Assembly: GCA_963751585.1 (NCBI GenBank)
Contig: CAVVVB010000017.1
Location: forward strand, 28,993 to 92,992
From: an uncultured Chloroflexia bacterium
Lineage (GTDB): Bacteria > Chloroflexota > Dehalococcoidia > GIF9 > UBA5629
Length of the DNA stretch: 64,000 nt
Reading direction: 5' to 3'
Translations under genes and position numbers: made by a program
The notes under the pieces: generated by a model
Database searches by the model: none
What the model saw: only the letters and a program-made list of their open reading frames with translations
Told to the model about the DNA's origin: nothing
Shown: positions 17,843 to 27,056 of the stretch, piece by piece
How positions within the stretch are numbered: the first letter of the stretch is position 1
Layout: each line of letters starts with the position of its first letter

Positions 17843-18380
17843 GTGGGCAATGGTTATCGACCTAAGGCGATGCGTGGGCTGTCAGGCCTGCACGGTCGCC
17901 TGCCAGCTAGGTAATGATCTACCGCTCGGCATGCTCTGGAACATTGTGACAACCGTCGGGCCAAAGGGGACTTTCCCTACTTTGAGTTATTATCACCTTC
18001 CACGTCCTTGTTTTCACTGTGATGATCCGCCCTGCGTACATTGCTGCCCCACGGGTGCATCTTCACAGCGTGAAGACGGAATCGTGATGGTGGACCCAGA
18101 CAAATGCATTGGTTGCGGCGCCTGCATTATGGCCTGTCCCTACGGTGCACGAACGCAGAATAAGGAGCTGGGGATAGTACAAAAGTGTACCTTCTGCGCC
18201 GATATCATCGGGAATGGCACAGAGCCCTATTGCGTGAGCACCTGCCATCAACGGGCACGCATATTTGGTGATATCAGTGATCGTGACAGCGAGATATATC
18301 GTCTTGTAAACGCTGATAACGCCATACAATTGATGCCCGAGTTAGGCACAGATCCCCATGTATATTATATTCAACCCTAG
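17835..18380 (+). CDS. Four-cluster Fe-S subunit (DmsB/PsrB/NrfC-like)
   Basis: CVGCQACTVAC, CFHCDDPPCVHCCP, CIGCGACIMACP and CTFC...CVSTC. Overlaps the alpha subunit stop by 8 nt. Confidence 0.9.
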   Translation: MTRWAMVIDLRRCVGCQACTVACQLGNDLPLGMLWNIVTTVGPKGTFPTLSYYHLPRPCFHCDDPPCVHCCPTGASSQREDGIVMVDPDKCIGCGACIMACPYGARTQNKELGIVQKCTFCADIIGNGTEPYCVSTCHQRARIFGDISDRDSEIYRLVNADNAIQLMPELGTDPHVYYIQP

Positions 18381-18390
18381 GGAGATCGAG

Positions 18391-19354
18391 ATGAAAAAAG
18401 AAATGACCTGGACTTGGCCGATTAGCAGCTATATATTTCTTGGAGGACTGGGAGGTGGTATCGCGATTGTCTCTGCTGTGGCTGATATATTTTGGGGTCT
18501 GGGGGGCATCTTCGCGATGGGTCCTTTCATCGCCGCGGTAATCATTGCCCTTGCTTCGGGGTTGCTCGTTTTTGAACTGGGCAGGCCCTTACGCTTCTGG
18601 CGTGTGATGGTGACAAAAAAGCTATCTGAAATGACTTTTGGTGCATGGATGCTTACACTGCTGATGATAGCTGGTCTAGTTTATAGTTCTTGCTGGCTGA
18701 CATTATTGCCATGGTACGGTCTGGCAGGGCTGCGTCACGCTTTCGCCTGGATTTGTCTGATATTAGGTATTGGGGTCGCTCTATACACTGGAGTTTTTCT
18801 CGGTACCATGAAATCACGCCCTTTCTGGAACGGTCCGGCTTTGCCTGTTCTTTTTCTTATTCTTAGTCTTTCCACCGGGCTTGCAGCACAGATACTCATC
18901 GTGAGTATCTGGCCTTGGGGAGGAAGTACAAGCCAGGCTGCAGATATCACGCCTCTTCTTGGAGTTGCCAACATTGGTTTTTTGGTTACTCGAGGGAATC
19001 ATCCTGTTCGTCTATGTCTTTATGATGCGTGCATCCGTAACCGTTCGCGCTTCAGGTCCGGCAGCAAGTTGGCTAAGCGGAAGCAGGGCATTGATTTTTT
19101 GGGTAGGAGCCGTAATTGCCGGAATTCTTGTGCCGATATTGTTATATGGCTTGCGGGTTCCGGCTACAGTCATAACAGCAGCCTTATTTGTTCTTGCAGG
19201 CGGAGCTATCCTCCGGTTCCTTGTCGTTTATACACAAGATCGGATAATGTTACCAGGAGAGGAAGAATTCCGTTACTGGCTACCAAAGGGTGATGAAAAA
19301 TTCCTTTCCAGCTGGAAGGAACGTCAGGAAACAGCCCAAATTAAGAGGAGATAA
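18391..19354 (+). pseudogene. NrfD/PsrC-like membrane anchor, interrupted by a +1 frameshift in a T6 run (or assembly indel)
   Basis: MKKEMTWTWPISSYIFLGGLGGG... is hydrophobic in frame 1 up to ...GVANIGF. Frame 2 continues WLLEGIILFVYVFMM...ILRFLVVY. The T6 run at 18978-18983 would restore the frame if it were T5. Confidence 0.8.
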
Positions 19355-19356
19355 TA

Positions 19357-20313
19357 GTGGTCATAGATTTTAAAGACAGGATAGAGGAGGTCAGCTCAGA
19401 ATTATTATTTTTTGATAAGCTTGAAACCTTGCAAGTTAATTTGGGGAATGTCTGCAACCAATCCTGTCGGCATTGTCACGTTGATGCAGGTCCTGCAGGC
19501 AATTATGTTATGTCCAAGGAGGTTATGAAGAACATAATCAGGTTCTTGCATAATCACTCGGATATCACAATCGATATCACAGGTGGATCCCCAGAGCTCT
19601 GTCCTGATTTCAAATTCTTAGTTGAAGAGGTTCGCCAATATGCTTCGCGGGTGATGGTCAGAACTAATCTGACGGTGTTGTTGGAGGAAGGGAAGGATTG
19701 GATTCCACGATGGTATAGAGATAACAGGATTATTGTTATCGCTTCAATGCCTTGTTACACGAAAAAAAACGTTGATGTGCAGAGGGGTGAGGGAGTTTTC
19801 GAAAAATGTGTTAAATCACTCAGAACACTAAACGATTTGGGCTATGGAGACTCTCTCGAGTTAAACTTAGCCTATAATCCACTGGAAGCCTATTTACCAG
19901 GTTCCCAAAAAGAACTAGAAGAGGCTTACAAAGAGGAACTTTTTCAACACTATGGACTCCGGTTCAACAAGTTGTTTACTATCACAAATGCCCCCATCGG
20001 AAGGTTTAAAAAACATCTTGAAACAAATCGGGAGGCAAACAAATATATCTCACTTCTGTCCGATAACTTCAACCCCAATGTCGTAAAGGATATTATGTGC
20101 CGGACCCTGATAAGTGTAGACTGGCGAGGCATATTATATAATTGTGATTTTAACTTGGCACTCGGGTTACCTATCAGAAATGAGTCAGGATATGCTGCGG
20201 ATGTTAATGGAATCGAAGATGTCATTAAGAACGGGTTCGAAATCGTAGTGGCCGAACATTGCTATGCTTGTACAGCTGGCACGGGATCTAGCTGTACAGG
20301 GACCTTGGCCTGA
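19357..20313 (+). CDS. ArsS-like radical SAM/Cys-rich-domain protein (TIGR04167-type)
   Basis: LQVNLGNVCNQSCRHCHVDAGP, DITGGSPELCPDF, RTNLTVLLEE, MPCYTKKNVDVQRGEGVF, ITNAPIGRF, MCRTLISVDWRGILYNCDFN and the C-terminal CYACTAGTGSSCTGTL. Confidence 0.8.
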   Translation: MVIDFKDRIEEVSSELLFFDKLETLQVNLGNVCNQSCRHCHVDAGPAGNYVMSKEVMKNIIRFLHNHSDITIDITGGSPELCPDFKFLVEEVRQYASRVMVRTNLTVLLEEGKDWIPRWYRDNRIIVIASMPCYTKKNVDVQRGEGVFEKCVKSLRTLNDLGYGDSLELNLAYNPLEAYLPGSQKELEEAYKEELFQHYGLRFNKLFTITNAPIGRFKKHLETNREANKYISLLSDNFNPNVVKDIMCRTLISVDWRGILYNCDFNLALGLPIRNESGYAADVNGIEDVIKNGFEIVVAEHCYACTAGTGSSCTGTLA

Positions 20314-20427
20314 TGCTAAGTAGACTATCCTATTACAGGATGGGTATTTGCTCTCGGTGTCACATTATGGCTCAGTGTCAAATTGTGCACAGTAAGGACA
20401 GTAGCGGTATTAAGACTGGTAAACAAT

Positions 20428-21606
20428 ATGAAACCACAAGTGGACAAACAAACCTATGATACGTTGGGTAACGTAGCTGCAGAATGCGCCGGGTGCGAAT
20501 TATTATGCAGTCAAGCTTGTGAGGTCTTGCAAGAGATAGCCCCCACAGCTCCGGGCGATGTTGCCAGACAGGTTCTGGGCGGGCAAGTAGATGAGGATAT
20601 ACGCAGATTTCTACTAAGGTGTTCATTATGCGGTCTATGTGTTAATTCCTGCCCTAAAAGCCTTGATATACCGCAAATGGTTATCGCTGCCCGCAGGGTT
20701 ATGGTGGACACTGGTATGACGGATACTGAGGTCTACCGTATCATGTGGGTGGATCATGACTGGAATGCCATTACCATTTTTCGCGACACATATCAGTTAA
20801 ACTTCGACAACCTGATTAAAGAAAAATGCTACACCCTGTTTATGCCGGGTTGCTCACTGGCTAACGAAGCACCTCAATTGGTATATACCACCATCGACTG
20901 GTTAGACGAGCAAGGAGGAGATAAAGCCGGTGTTATATTGATGTGCTGTGGTATGCCTCTGTTGGAAATGGGGCTAACGGAGAGGGCTAAAAGATATGAA
21001 AGGTCATTCTGGCAAAAGGTAAAAGAGACCGGTGCCAGAAGAGTGGTGGTGGCTTGTCCGAATTGTTTCCATCACTTAATTGCCAGTGAACTGAAAAAAG
21101 ACATAGAAGTGGTCTCTATGCTGGAACTAATGGCTAAATCCGGTTTACGTGTTCCGTCTGCAAAAGGCAAAAAAATTACTATTCACGATTCCTGTCCAAG
21201 CCGGTATGGTGAGATGGGCAAGTGGGCACGTCAGTTACTGGGTGATTATGAGATTACGGAAATGGAACACCACGGGAAGAACAGTTTGTGCTGTGGCTCT
21301 GGAGGTGTGGTGTCAATGGTGGATAAGGAGTTGCATGACAAACGGTCAAAAAGAAGATTGGAGGAATTTAAAAATACAGGCGCTGATATCTGCGCCACAT
21401 ATTGCATGGCATGTTGGCACACCTTGTCTCAGAAAGCGGTGCAGGGCGACGTGCGATTTATTCTTGAGCTTGTATTCGATCAGTTTATAGACCATGCAGA
21501 ATATCAGAATAAGTTGCAGGCTATGTGGGAGGGTGAGTGGGGGGTCTATAACGACTTTCGGCTTCGAAACTCGCAAATGCTCGACGAATGCAGAAAGGAA
21601 AAATGA
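20428..21606 (+). CDS. Fe-S oxidoreductase with two CCG domains (HdrD/GlpC/LutA-like)
   Basis: CSLCGLCVNSCP ferredoxin motif, then MPGCSL...CCGMPL and HDSCPSR...CCGSGG. The start is taken at MKPQVDK. Confidence 0.75.
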   Translation: MKPQVDKQTYDTLGNVAAECAGCELLCSQACEVLQEIAPTAPGDVARQVLGGQVDEDIRRFLLRCSLCGLCVNSCPKSLDIPQMVIAARRVMVDTGMTDTEVYRIMWVDHDWNAITIFRDTYQLNFDNLIKEKCYTLFMPGCSLANEAPQLVYTTIDWLDEQGGDKAGVILMCCGMPLLEMGLTERAKRYERSFWQKVKETGARRVVVACPNCFHHLIASELKKDIEVVSMLELMAKSGLRVPSAKGKKITIHDSCPSRYGEMGKWARQLLGDYEITEMEHHGKNSLCCGSGGVVSMVDKELHDKRSKRRLEEFKNTGADICATYCMACWHTLSQKAVQGDVRFILELVFDQFIDHAEYQNKLQAMWEGEWGVYNDFRLRNSQMLDECRKEK

Positions 21607-21607
21607 A

Positions 21608-22939
21608 ATGGCCTCTCTAGTTCCAGCCGGCCCTGTTATTGATCAAACAGAGAGCGTATGTCCACATTGCCTGAAGACCATACCCGCAACCATTTATGAG
21701 AATGGTGGCAGCGTCTACATGGGCAAAACGTGCCCCGAGCATGGCCACTGTGATGTTTATCTCTGGCCGGATGCGAATCATTACCTGTGGTTTACCAACT
21801 TTGCCTTTCCATCGAAATCACGTACGCCGCAGACCGAATGCTCAGATGGTTGTCCGCGAGATTGCGGGCTATGCCCGAACCACAAGAGAGGCATCACACT
21901 GGCTGAAATCGAGGTGACCTGGCGTTGTAACCAATCCTGCCGAGTCTGCTTTATGTCGGCGAGCGATAGTCTCCCCGATCCTTCGCTGGAGACTATATAT
22001 GATATGCTACAAACCGTCCAGCGCTACGATGGAGGACATGCCTCCCTGCAGATAACAGGAGGTGAGCCGACAGTGCGCGCTGATCTACCCGATATCATCA
22101 GGCTTGCCCGTCAAACCGGGTTCAGCACTGTCGAGATCAACACCAACGGCTTAGTCATTGGGAGAGACCGTGACTTCCTGTGTACGCTGAAAGAGGCTGG
22201 CCTTACCAATATCTATCTGCAGTTTGATGGCATCACGCCTGAGGTAACCCGTATCTTAAGGGGAGAAGGCCTATTCGATTGCAAACTGCAGGCGATTGAA
22301 AATTGCCGCCTGGAAGATATGAAGGTCATTCTGGCACCGACTATTATAAAGGAGATAAACGACGGCCAGATGGGCGGTCTCATTGATTTTTGCATGAACA
22401 ATATGGACGTGATTAGTGGTCTGGCGATTCAGCCCGCCTTTCTGTCTGGCCGATTTGATGTGGAAATGCAGCAACGCCTTTCGCTTGGTGATATCGTAGC
22501 CATGATAGAGGAGCAAACTGGCGGTAAGATCGCAGCGCGCAACTTCTGGCCCTTAAGCTGCATACATCCCCTCTGTGCCTGTTCAACTTATCTTATCGGA
22601 GAGGGCGAAAACTATACCACGCTTACAAGTAACATAACCGAAACTGACTACACAAAATATTTCAATGAAAGTAGCCCGCAAGGTTCGGTATTCGCCGACG
22701 TATTTGCAAATATGCATCATGAGAATAACACCCCCCAAGGGCTTGGTGTACTCATCATGAGCTATATGGATGCCTGGACGCTAGATGTGAAACGGCTGCG
22801 GGAATGCAACCTGGCAGTCACCGTCAGGGATGGGCGCTCCATACCATTTTGTGCGTACCACTTAACTGCCACCTCAGGCCGAAGGTTATATCCACTGGGC
22901 CAAAGGAGACCGTCTGCCATTGATTGCACGCAGGTCTAA
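21608..22939 (+). CDS. Radical SAM protein with N-terminal Zn-ribbon, MJ0619/Tes (GDGT-MAS)-like family
   Basis: CPHCLKTIPATIYENGGSVYMGKTCPEHG, CPRDCGLCPNHK and the radical SAM motif CNQSCRVC. The ATG lies 1 nt after the upstream stop. The family call is from memory of the motif pattern. Confidence 0.65.
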   Translation: MASLVPAGPVIDQTESVCPHCLKTIPATIYENGGSVYMGKTCPEHGHCDVYLWPDANHYLWFTNFAFPSKSRTPQTECSDGCPRDCGLCPNHKRGITLAEIEVTWRCNQSCRVCFMSASDSLPDPSLETIYDMLQTVQRYDGGHASLQITGGEPTVRADLPDIIRLARQTGFSTVEINTNGLVIGRDRDFLCTLKEAGLTNIYLQFDGITPEVTRILRGEGLFDCKLQAIENCRLEDMKVILAPTIIKEINDGQMGGLIDFCMNNMDVISGLAIQPAFLSGRFDVEMQQRLSLGDIVAMIEEQTGGKIAARNFWPLSCIHPLCACSTYLIGEGENYTTLTSNITETDYTKYFNESSPQGSVFADVFANMHHENNTPQGLGVLIMSYMDAWTLDVKRLRECNLAVTVRDGRSIPFCAYHLTATSGRRLYPLGQRRPSAIDCTQV

Positions 22940-25094
22940 TTGCACCTTATGCGGGTACCTATGTGGCATCCTGGCTTACTGCAGTGAAGATGGTAATCTA
23001 GTCAGGCTTGAGCCCGATAGTACGCGGTTCCCTTATAATGCTTCAATTATGAAAAAATGCGCTCGCTTTCACGAAACGAGTGCTATCCTAGATCATCCTG
23101 ATCGTATAAATTATCCAGTTAAACGCGTGGGTGAACGAGGCTCGGGCAAATGGCAAAGGGTGAGCTGGGACGAAGCGCTAGATGACATCGCGGGCAGAGT
23201 GCAAGACCTCAAGAAGCAGTATGGTGCTGAAACTCTGGCTACCTGCATTGGGGCTCCCCATTCCATATACTGGCCAATGCACCGTTTTATGAACTTATTC
23301 GGCAGCCCCAATAACATCGGTATCGGGCATATTTGCTGGAATCCAGCAATCTGGGTACATAGTCTCACATATGGGTGGCCTATCAAGCCTGAGCTGGACC
23401 CCGACAGAACCAACTGCGTAATCCTATGGGGGATCAATCCCGCCGAGTCTGATAACTCCCTGTTCTGGGAAACAATATTTAGATACAGCCAGTCCGGCAA
23501 GCCTCTTATCGTGATTGACCCGCGTTATACAAAGACTGCTGCAAAAGCGAGTACGTGGTTACCTGCCAGACCGGGAACAGATGTGGCACTGGCACTGGCA
23601 CTGATAAACGTTATTATAAAAGAGGAACTTTATGATAAAGGATTTGTTAACAAATGGTGCTCCGGATTCGAAGAGCTTAAAAACAATGTGGCCGGATACT
23701 CCCCCAATAGCGTATCTTCTATTACCGGTATCCACAGCCAAATTATAATCGAAATAGCCCGTCTTTTTGCTGAGAACAGACCGGCAACGATATTCAGCGG
23801 TCTGGGTATCGACCAGAGCGGGTGTAATTGTACTCAGGCTTTACGTGCTCTGGCAATCCTACGGGCTATTACTGGCAATGTAGATAAGCCTGGAGCCTGT
23901 CACCTTTGTGAGCAGCCTGACTTTATATCAGAAGCTGAGTTGGAGATGAGCAGCACCCTGCCCGCATCGTGCACAAAGAAACAACTATGTCAGAACGTAT
24001 TCCCACTCCTCACATATGATGGCTATAAGGCACTTACTCGCTACACTCTGTTGCATGGGAAAAGGTTACCCGTCCGTTATTTAACGTCGGCGCACCCCTT
24101 TCTTGCCTGGCAAGCCATGTTGACTGGGAATCCATATCCTATAAAAGCTCTTATAGTTATGGCAAGTAATCCACTACTTACCCAGGCTAACACCAATATG
24201 GTCTACCAGGCGCTTAAAAGCCTCGATCTTATTGTAGTACTGGATCAGTTTTTAACGCCTACCGCTATGCTTGCTGATTACGTACTTCCAAGCGCAGGAA
24301 GTCTTGAACAAAGTATGATTCAGATGGATGGAGGGATTTCCAACATAGCGTATGGCGGCAGCCGTGCTATTGCTCCGATGTATGAAAGAATGACAGATTA
24401 TTCCTTCTGGTATGAGCTTGGACAGCGCTGTGGGCAAACAGAGTACTGGCTATGGAAGACGGCGGAGGAAGCGTTCGATGAAGTCTTCTCCCGTGCCGGG
24501 TTAACATGGGAAGAATTTTGCGGCACAGGTATTTATTCGCCCAATAACTCTTATTATAAATACGAAAGGGAAGGGTTTGCCACGCCGAGCGGGAAAATAG
24601 AACTCCGTTCCATTCTGCTGGAACAGCTTGGATACAACCCTCTGCCCTATTTTACTCCTGCTCAAAACAACACCTCTGACTATCCTCTTACTCTGGTAAC
24701 AGGGGTGAGGCACCAACCATATTACGCTACCGAGTTCCGAAATATACAAAAATTTAGAAGGATACATCCAAATCCCATTGCGGAAATGGATAAGATAACC
24801 GCAACCCGGTTCGGAGTGCAGGAAGGGGACCATGTATGGATAGAGACACCAAAGGGGCGTATCAAACAGGTTGTCGGGCTTGCAAACATGCTACCAGGGC
24901 TGGTATGTATCGAATTTGGATGGTGGTATCCTGAATTGCTGCCTACAGAGCCGGCCCTGGGTGGCCTGTGGGAATCTAATGCCAATGTATTGACTGGTTC
25001 AGATATTGAGTCGTGTGACCCGATACTGGGGCAATGGACGTATCGCACTCTACAATGTAAAATCTACAAGGTTGACGAGGCAAGAGGATGCTAG
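22920..25094 (+). CDS. Mo/W-bisPGD oxidoreductase catalytic subunit, paralogue C (no Tat signal, no cognate beta/gamma)
   Basis: TTG start. CTLCGYLCG...C, INYPVKR, GHICWNP, VIDPRYTKTA and GDHVWIET...LQCKIYKV. Overlaps the upstream gene by 20 nt. Confidence 0.88.
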   Translation: MIARRSNCTLCGYLCGILAYCSEDGNLVRLEPDSTRFPYNASIMKKCARFHETSAILDHPDRINYPVKRVGERGSGKWQRVSWDEALDDIAGRVQDLKKQYGAETLATCIGAPHSIYWPMHRFMNLFGSPNNIGIGHICWNPAIWVHSLTYGWPIKPELDPDRTNCVILWGINPAESDNSLFWETIFRYSQSGKPLIVIDPRYTKTAAKASTWLPARPGTDVALALALINVIIKEELYDKGFVNKWCSGFEELKNNVAGYSPNSVSSITGIHSQIIIEIARLFAENRPATIFSGLGIDQSGCNCTQALRALAILRAITGNVDKPGACHLCEQPDFISEAELEMSSTLPASCTKKQLCQNVFPLLTYDGYKALTRYTLLHGKRLPVRYLTSAHPFLAWQAMLTGNPYPIKALIVMASNPLLTQANTNMVYQALKSLDLIVVLDQFLTPTAMLADYVLPSAGSLEQSMIQMDGGISNIAYGGSRAIAPMYERMTDYSFWYELGQRCGQTEYWLWKTAEEAFDEVFSRAGLTWEEFCGTGIYSPNNSYYKYEREGFATPSGKIELRSILLEQLGYNPLPYFTPAQNNTSDYPLTLVTGVRHQPYYATEFRNIQKFRRIHPNPIAEMDKITATRFGVQEGDHVWIETPKGRIKQVVGLANMLPGLVCIEFGWWYPELLPTEPALGGLWESNANVLTGSDIESCDPILGQWTYRTLQCKIYKVDEARGC

Positions 25095-25546
25095 TGTTAC
25101 GCAAGGCAAGAAAAAGCGACCATTCCGCTCTTGTTGAACTTCTCGCAAAAGCTAACATGCGTTACGTCGAGCCAATTAGGTCCTATACGATCGCACTTGA
25201 AGGACCAATTATTGCCGGTTGCGCAAGGTTGGAGGACCATGGTGATATCGTAATGCTAAGGCCACTTGTCGTAGCCGAAAAGTACCGGAGAAAGAGACTG
25301 GGCAAGCATATACTCAAGAAAATTATGCCAGATGATAAACCTACTATTGTTGCTGCACGCGGTGAGGCAATCCCGTTCTATGTCGCCATCGGATTCAACA
25401 AGACTGGCTGGCATGCTGTATCCGATGAACAACGAGACGAATGCAAGCTATGCCCTGAACGAAAAGTGTGCAATCCACAACCCATGATATACGTTCCAGA
25501 CCGTTGCGAAAATGAATATAGTATTAATCAATCCCAGAACGGTTAA
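25088..25546 (+). CDS. GNAT-family N-acetyltransferase
   Basis: 152 aa. The motif-A-like stretch is LVVAEKYRRKRLGKHILKK. Overlaps the upstream stop by 7 nt. Confidence 0.65.
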   Translation: MLVLRKARKSDHSALVELLAKANMRYVEPIRSYTIALEGPIIAGCARLEDHGDIVMLRPLVVAEKYRRKRLGKHILKKIMPDDKPTIVAARGEAIPFYVAIGFNKTGWHAVSDEQRDECKLCPERKVCNPQPMIYVPDRCENEYSINQSQNG

Positions 25547-26888
25547 AGCGAGCACTTTCCCTGGAGGAGAGTTCTTTAGCTGCACCGCACCCAATATGGG
25601 ATTAGCTTATCTCGCTGCGGTTCTGGAACAGGAAAACCACGACGTTAAGATAATAGACGCGCAGGCGTTGGGGCTTGACGACGAAGGGTTGAAAAGAAGC
25701 CTTTCAGATTTAGAGCCGGAAATAATCGGGGTTACTGCTACAACAACGACTATATATGACGGCTTTAACGCTGTCAGCATAGGCAAGGAATTATATCCCC
25801 GGGCGTTCACTGTCATGGGTGGTATCCATGCTTCTTATCTGCCGTTTGAGACGTTGCAGGAATGCTCTCAATTAGATGCCGTATGTATTGGCGAGAGTGA
25901 AGAAACCGTAGTTGAACTTACTTGTGCCTTAGAGAATGGAATGGATGAATTGGCTCGCGTTAAAGGAATTGCCTATAGGTGGGAGAACAAGATAAGAAAA
26001 ACGCCATCGAGAATTTCTCTCCCTGATTTGGATGCCTTGCCGCTTCCGGCCAGGCATCTCCTTCCCATGGAGTATTATGCCTCCGGAGGGCACCCGCACA
26101 GGACTGCTTCGATCGTCTCTAGCCGCGGCTGTCCCTTCAAATGTGCGTTCTGTGCTACGCCGTTTATCGCGGGCCGCAGATATCGAGCTAGGAGTGCTGA
26201 GAGTATATTGAATGAAATAGAACAGATAGTATCAAAATATGAAATGAATTCATTTGAATTTGTCGACGATCTGTTCACACTGGATAATAGACGTGTTGAA
26301 GCCATTTGCAGCGGGATCCTTGAGCGCGGTATGAAAGTACGCTGGTCGTGCAGCAGCCGGGCAGATACAGTCAATCCATGTTTGCTCGCCACTATGGCAG
26401 ATGCCGGTTGCGGATGCATTTTCTATGGGATCGAATCCGGCTCTCAGCGAATACTGGACTGTATGCGGAAGGGGGAAAACCTTAAGCAAATAGAGGAAGC
26501 TGTACGATATACGAGAGAAGCGGGGATACAAACATGGGGGTTTTTCATTCTTGGCTTCCCAGAGGAAACCAGAGAGGATATCGAAAGGACCATCAGATTT
26601 GCGTGCGAACTGGATTTAGATTTTGTGGAATTCTTTATAGCATCAGCTTTCCCCGGCAGTGCTCTTTATGAACGTGCAAGAAGGGATGATCTGCTTTTGA
26701 TTGAAGGCTGGTCGGATATCTCGTATGGAAAAGCAAACATAAAGAACCCTGTCCTTTTTCCACAGGACGTGCAGGAATATCTGATTAAAGCTTACCGAGA
26801 TTTCTATACGTCGTCACGGGTGATTTCCAGATTACTAAGAGAGGGAAAGACTCAATTTCTGTCTGAAATCAAGTCCAAGACGGGATAA
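25512..26888 (+). CDS. B12-binding-domain radical SAM protein (class B)
   Basis: N-terminal cobalamin-binding-like domain (IVLINP...GLAYLAAVLEQENHDVKIID...VMGGIHAS), then SSRGCPFKCAFC. Overlaps the GNAT gene by 35 nt. Confidence 0.85.
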   Translation: MNIVLINPRTVKASTFPGGEFFSCTAPNMGLAYLAAVLEQENHDVKIIDAQALGLDDEGLKRSLSDLEPEIIGVTATTTTIYDGFNAVSIGKELYPRAFTVMGGIHASYLPFETLQECSQLDAVCIGESEETVVELTCALENGMDELARVKGIAYRWENKIRKTPSRISLPDLDALPLPARHLLPMEYYASGGHPHRTASIVSSRGCPFKCAFCATPFIAGRRYRARSAESILNEIEQIVSKYEMNSFEFVDDLFTLDNRRVEAICSGILERGMKVRWSCSSRADTVNPCLLATMADAGCGCIFYGIESGSQRILDCMRKGENLKQIEEAVRYTREAGIQTWGFFILGFPEETREDIERTIRFACELDLDFVEFFIASAFPGSALYERARRDDLLLIEGWSDISYGKANIKNPVLFPQDVQEYLIKAYRDFYTSSRVISRLLREGKTQFLSEIKSKTG

Positions 26889-27056
26889 GGGAAGCTTACA
26901 GGATTCATGTTGACAAATGTCAGCACTACCTATGCTCCAGTAGAACTGGGTATCAAAACCGGACGGCTGGGAACATTCCAGTTCTCGACGGATGCTGCTT
27001 ATGTTCCTCCTTTCGCCAGCCGTCGAGACTTGCTAACCTGAGATGAAACGAAAGTA

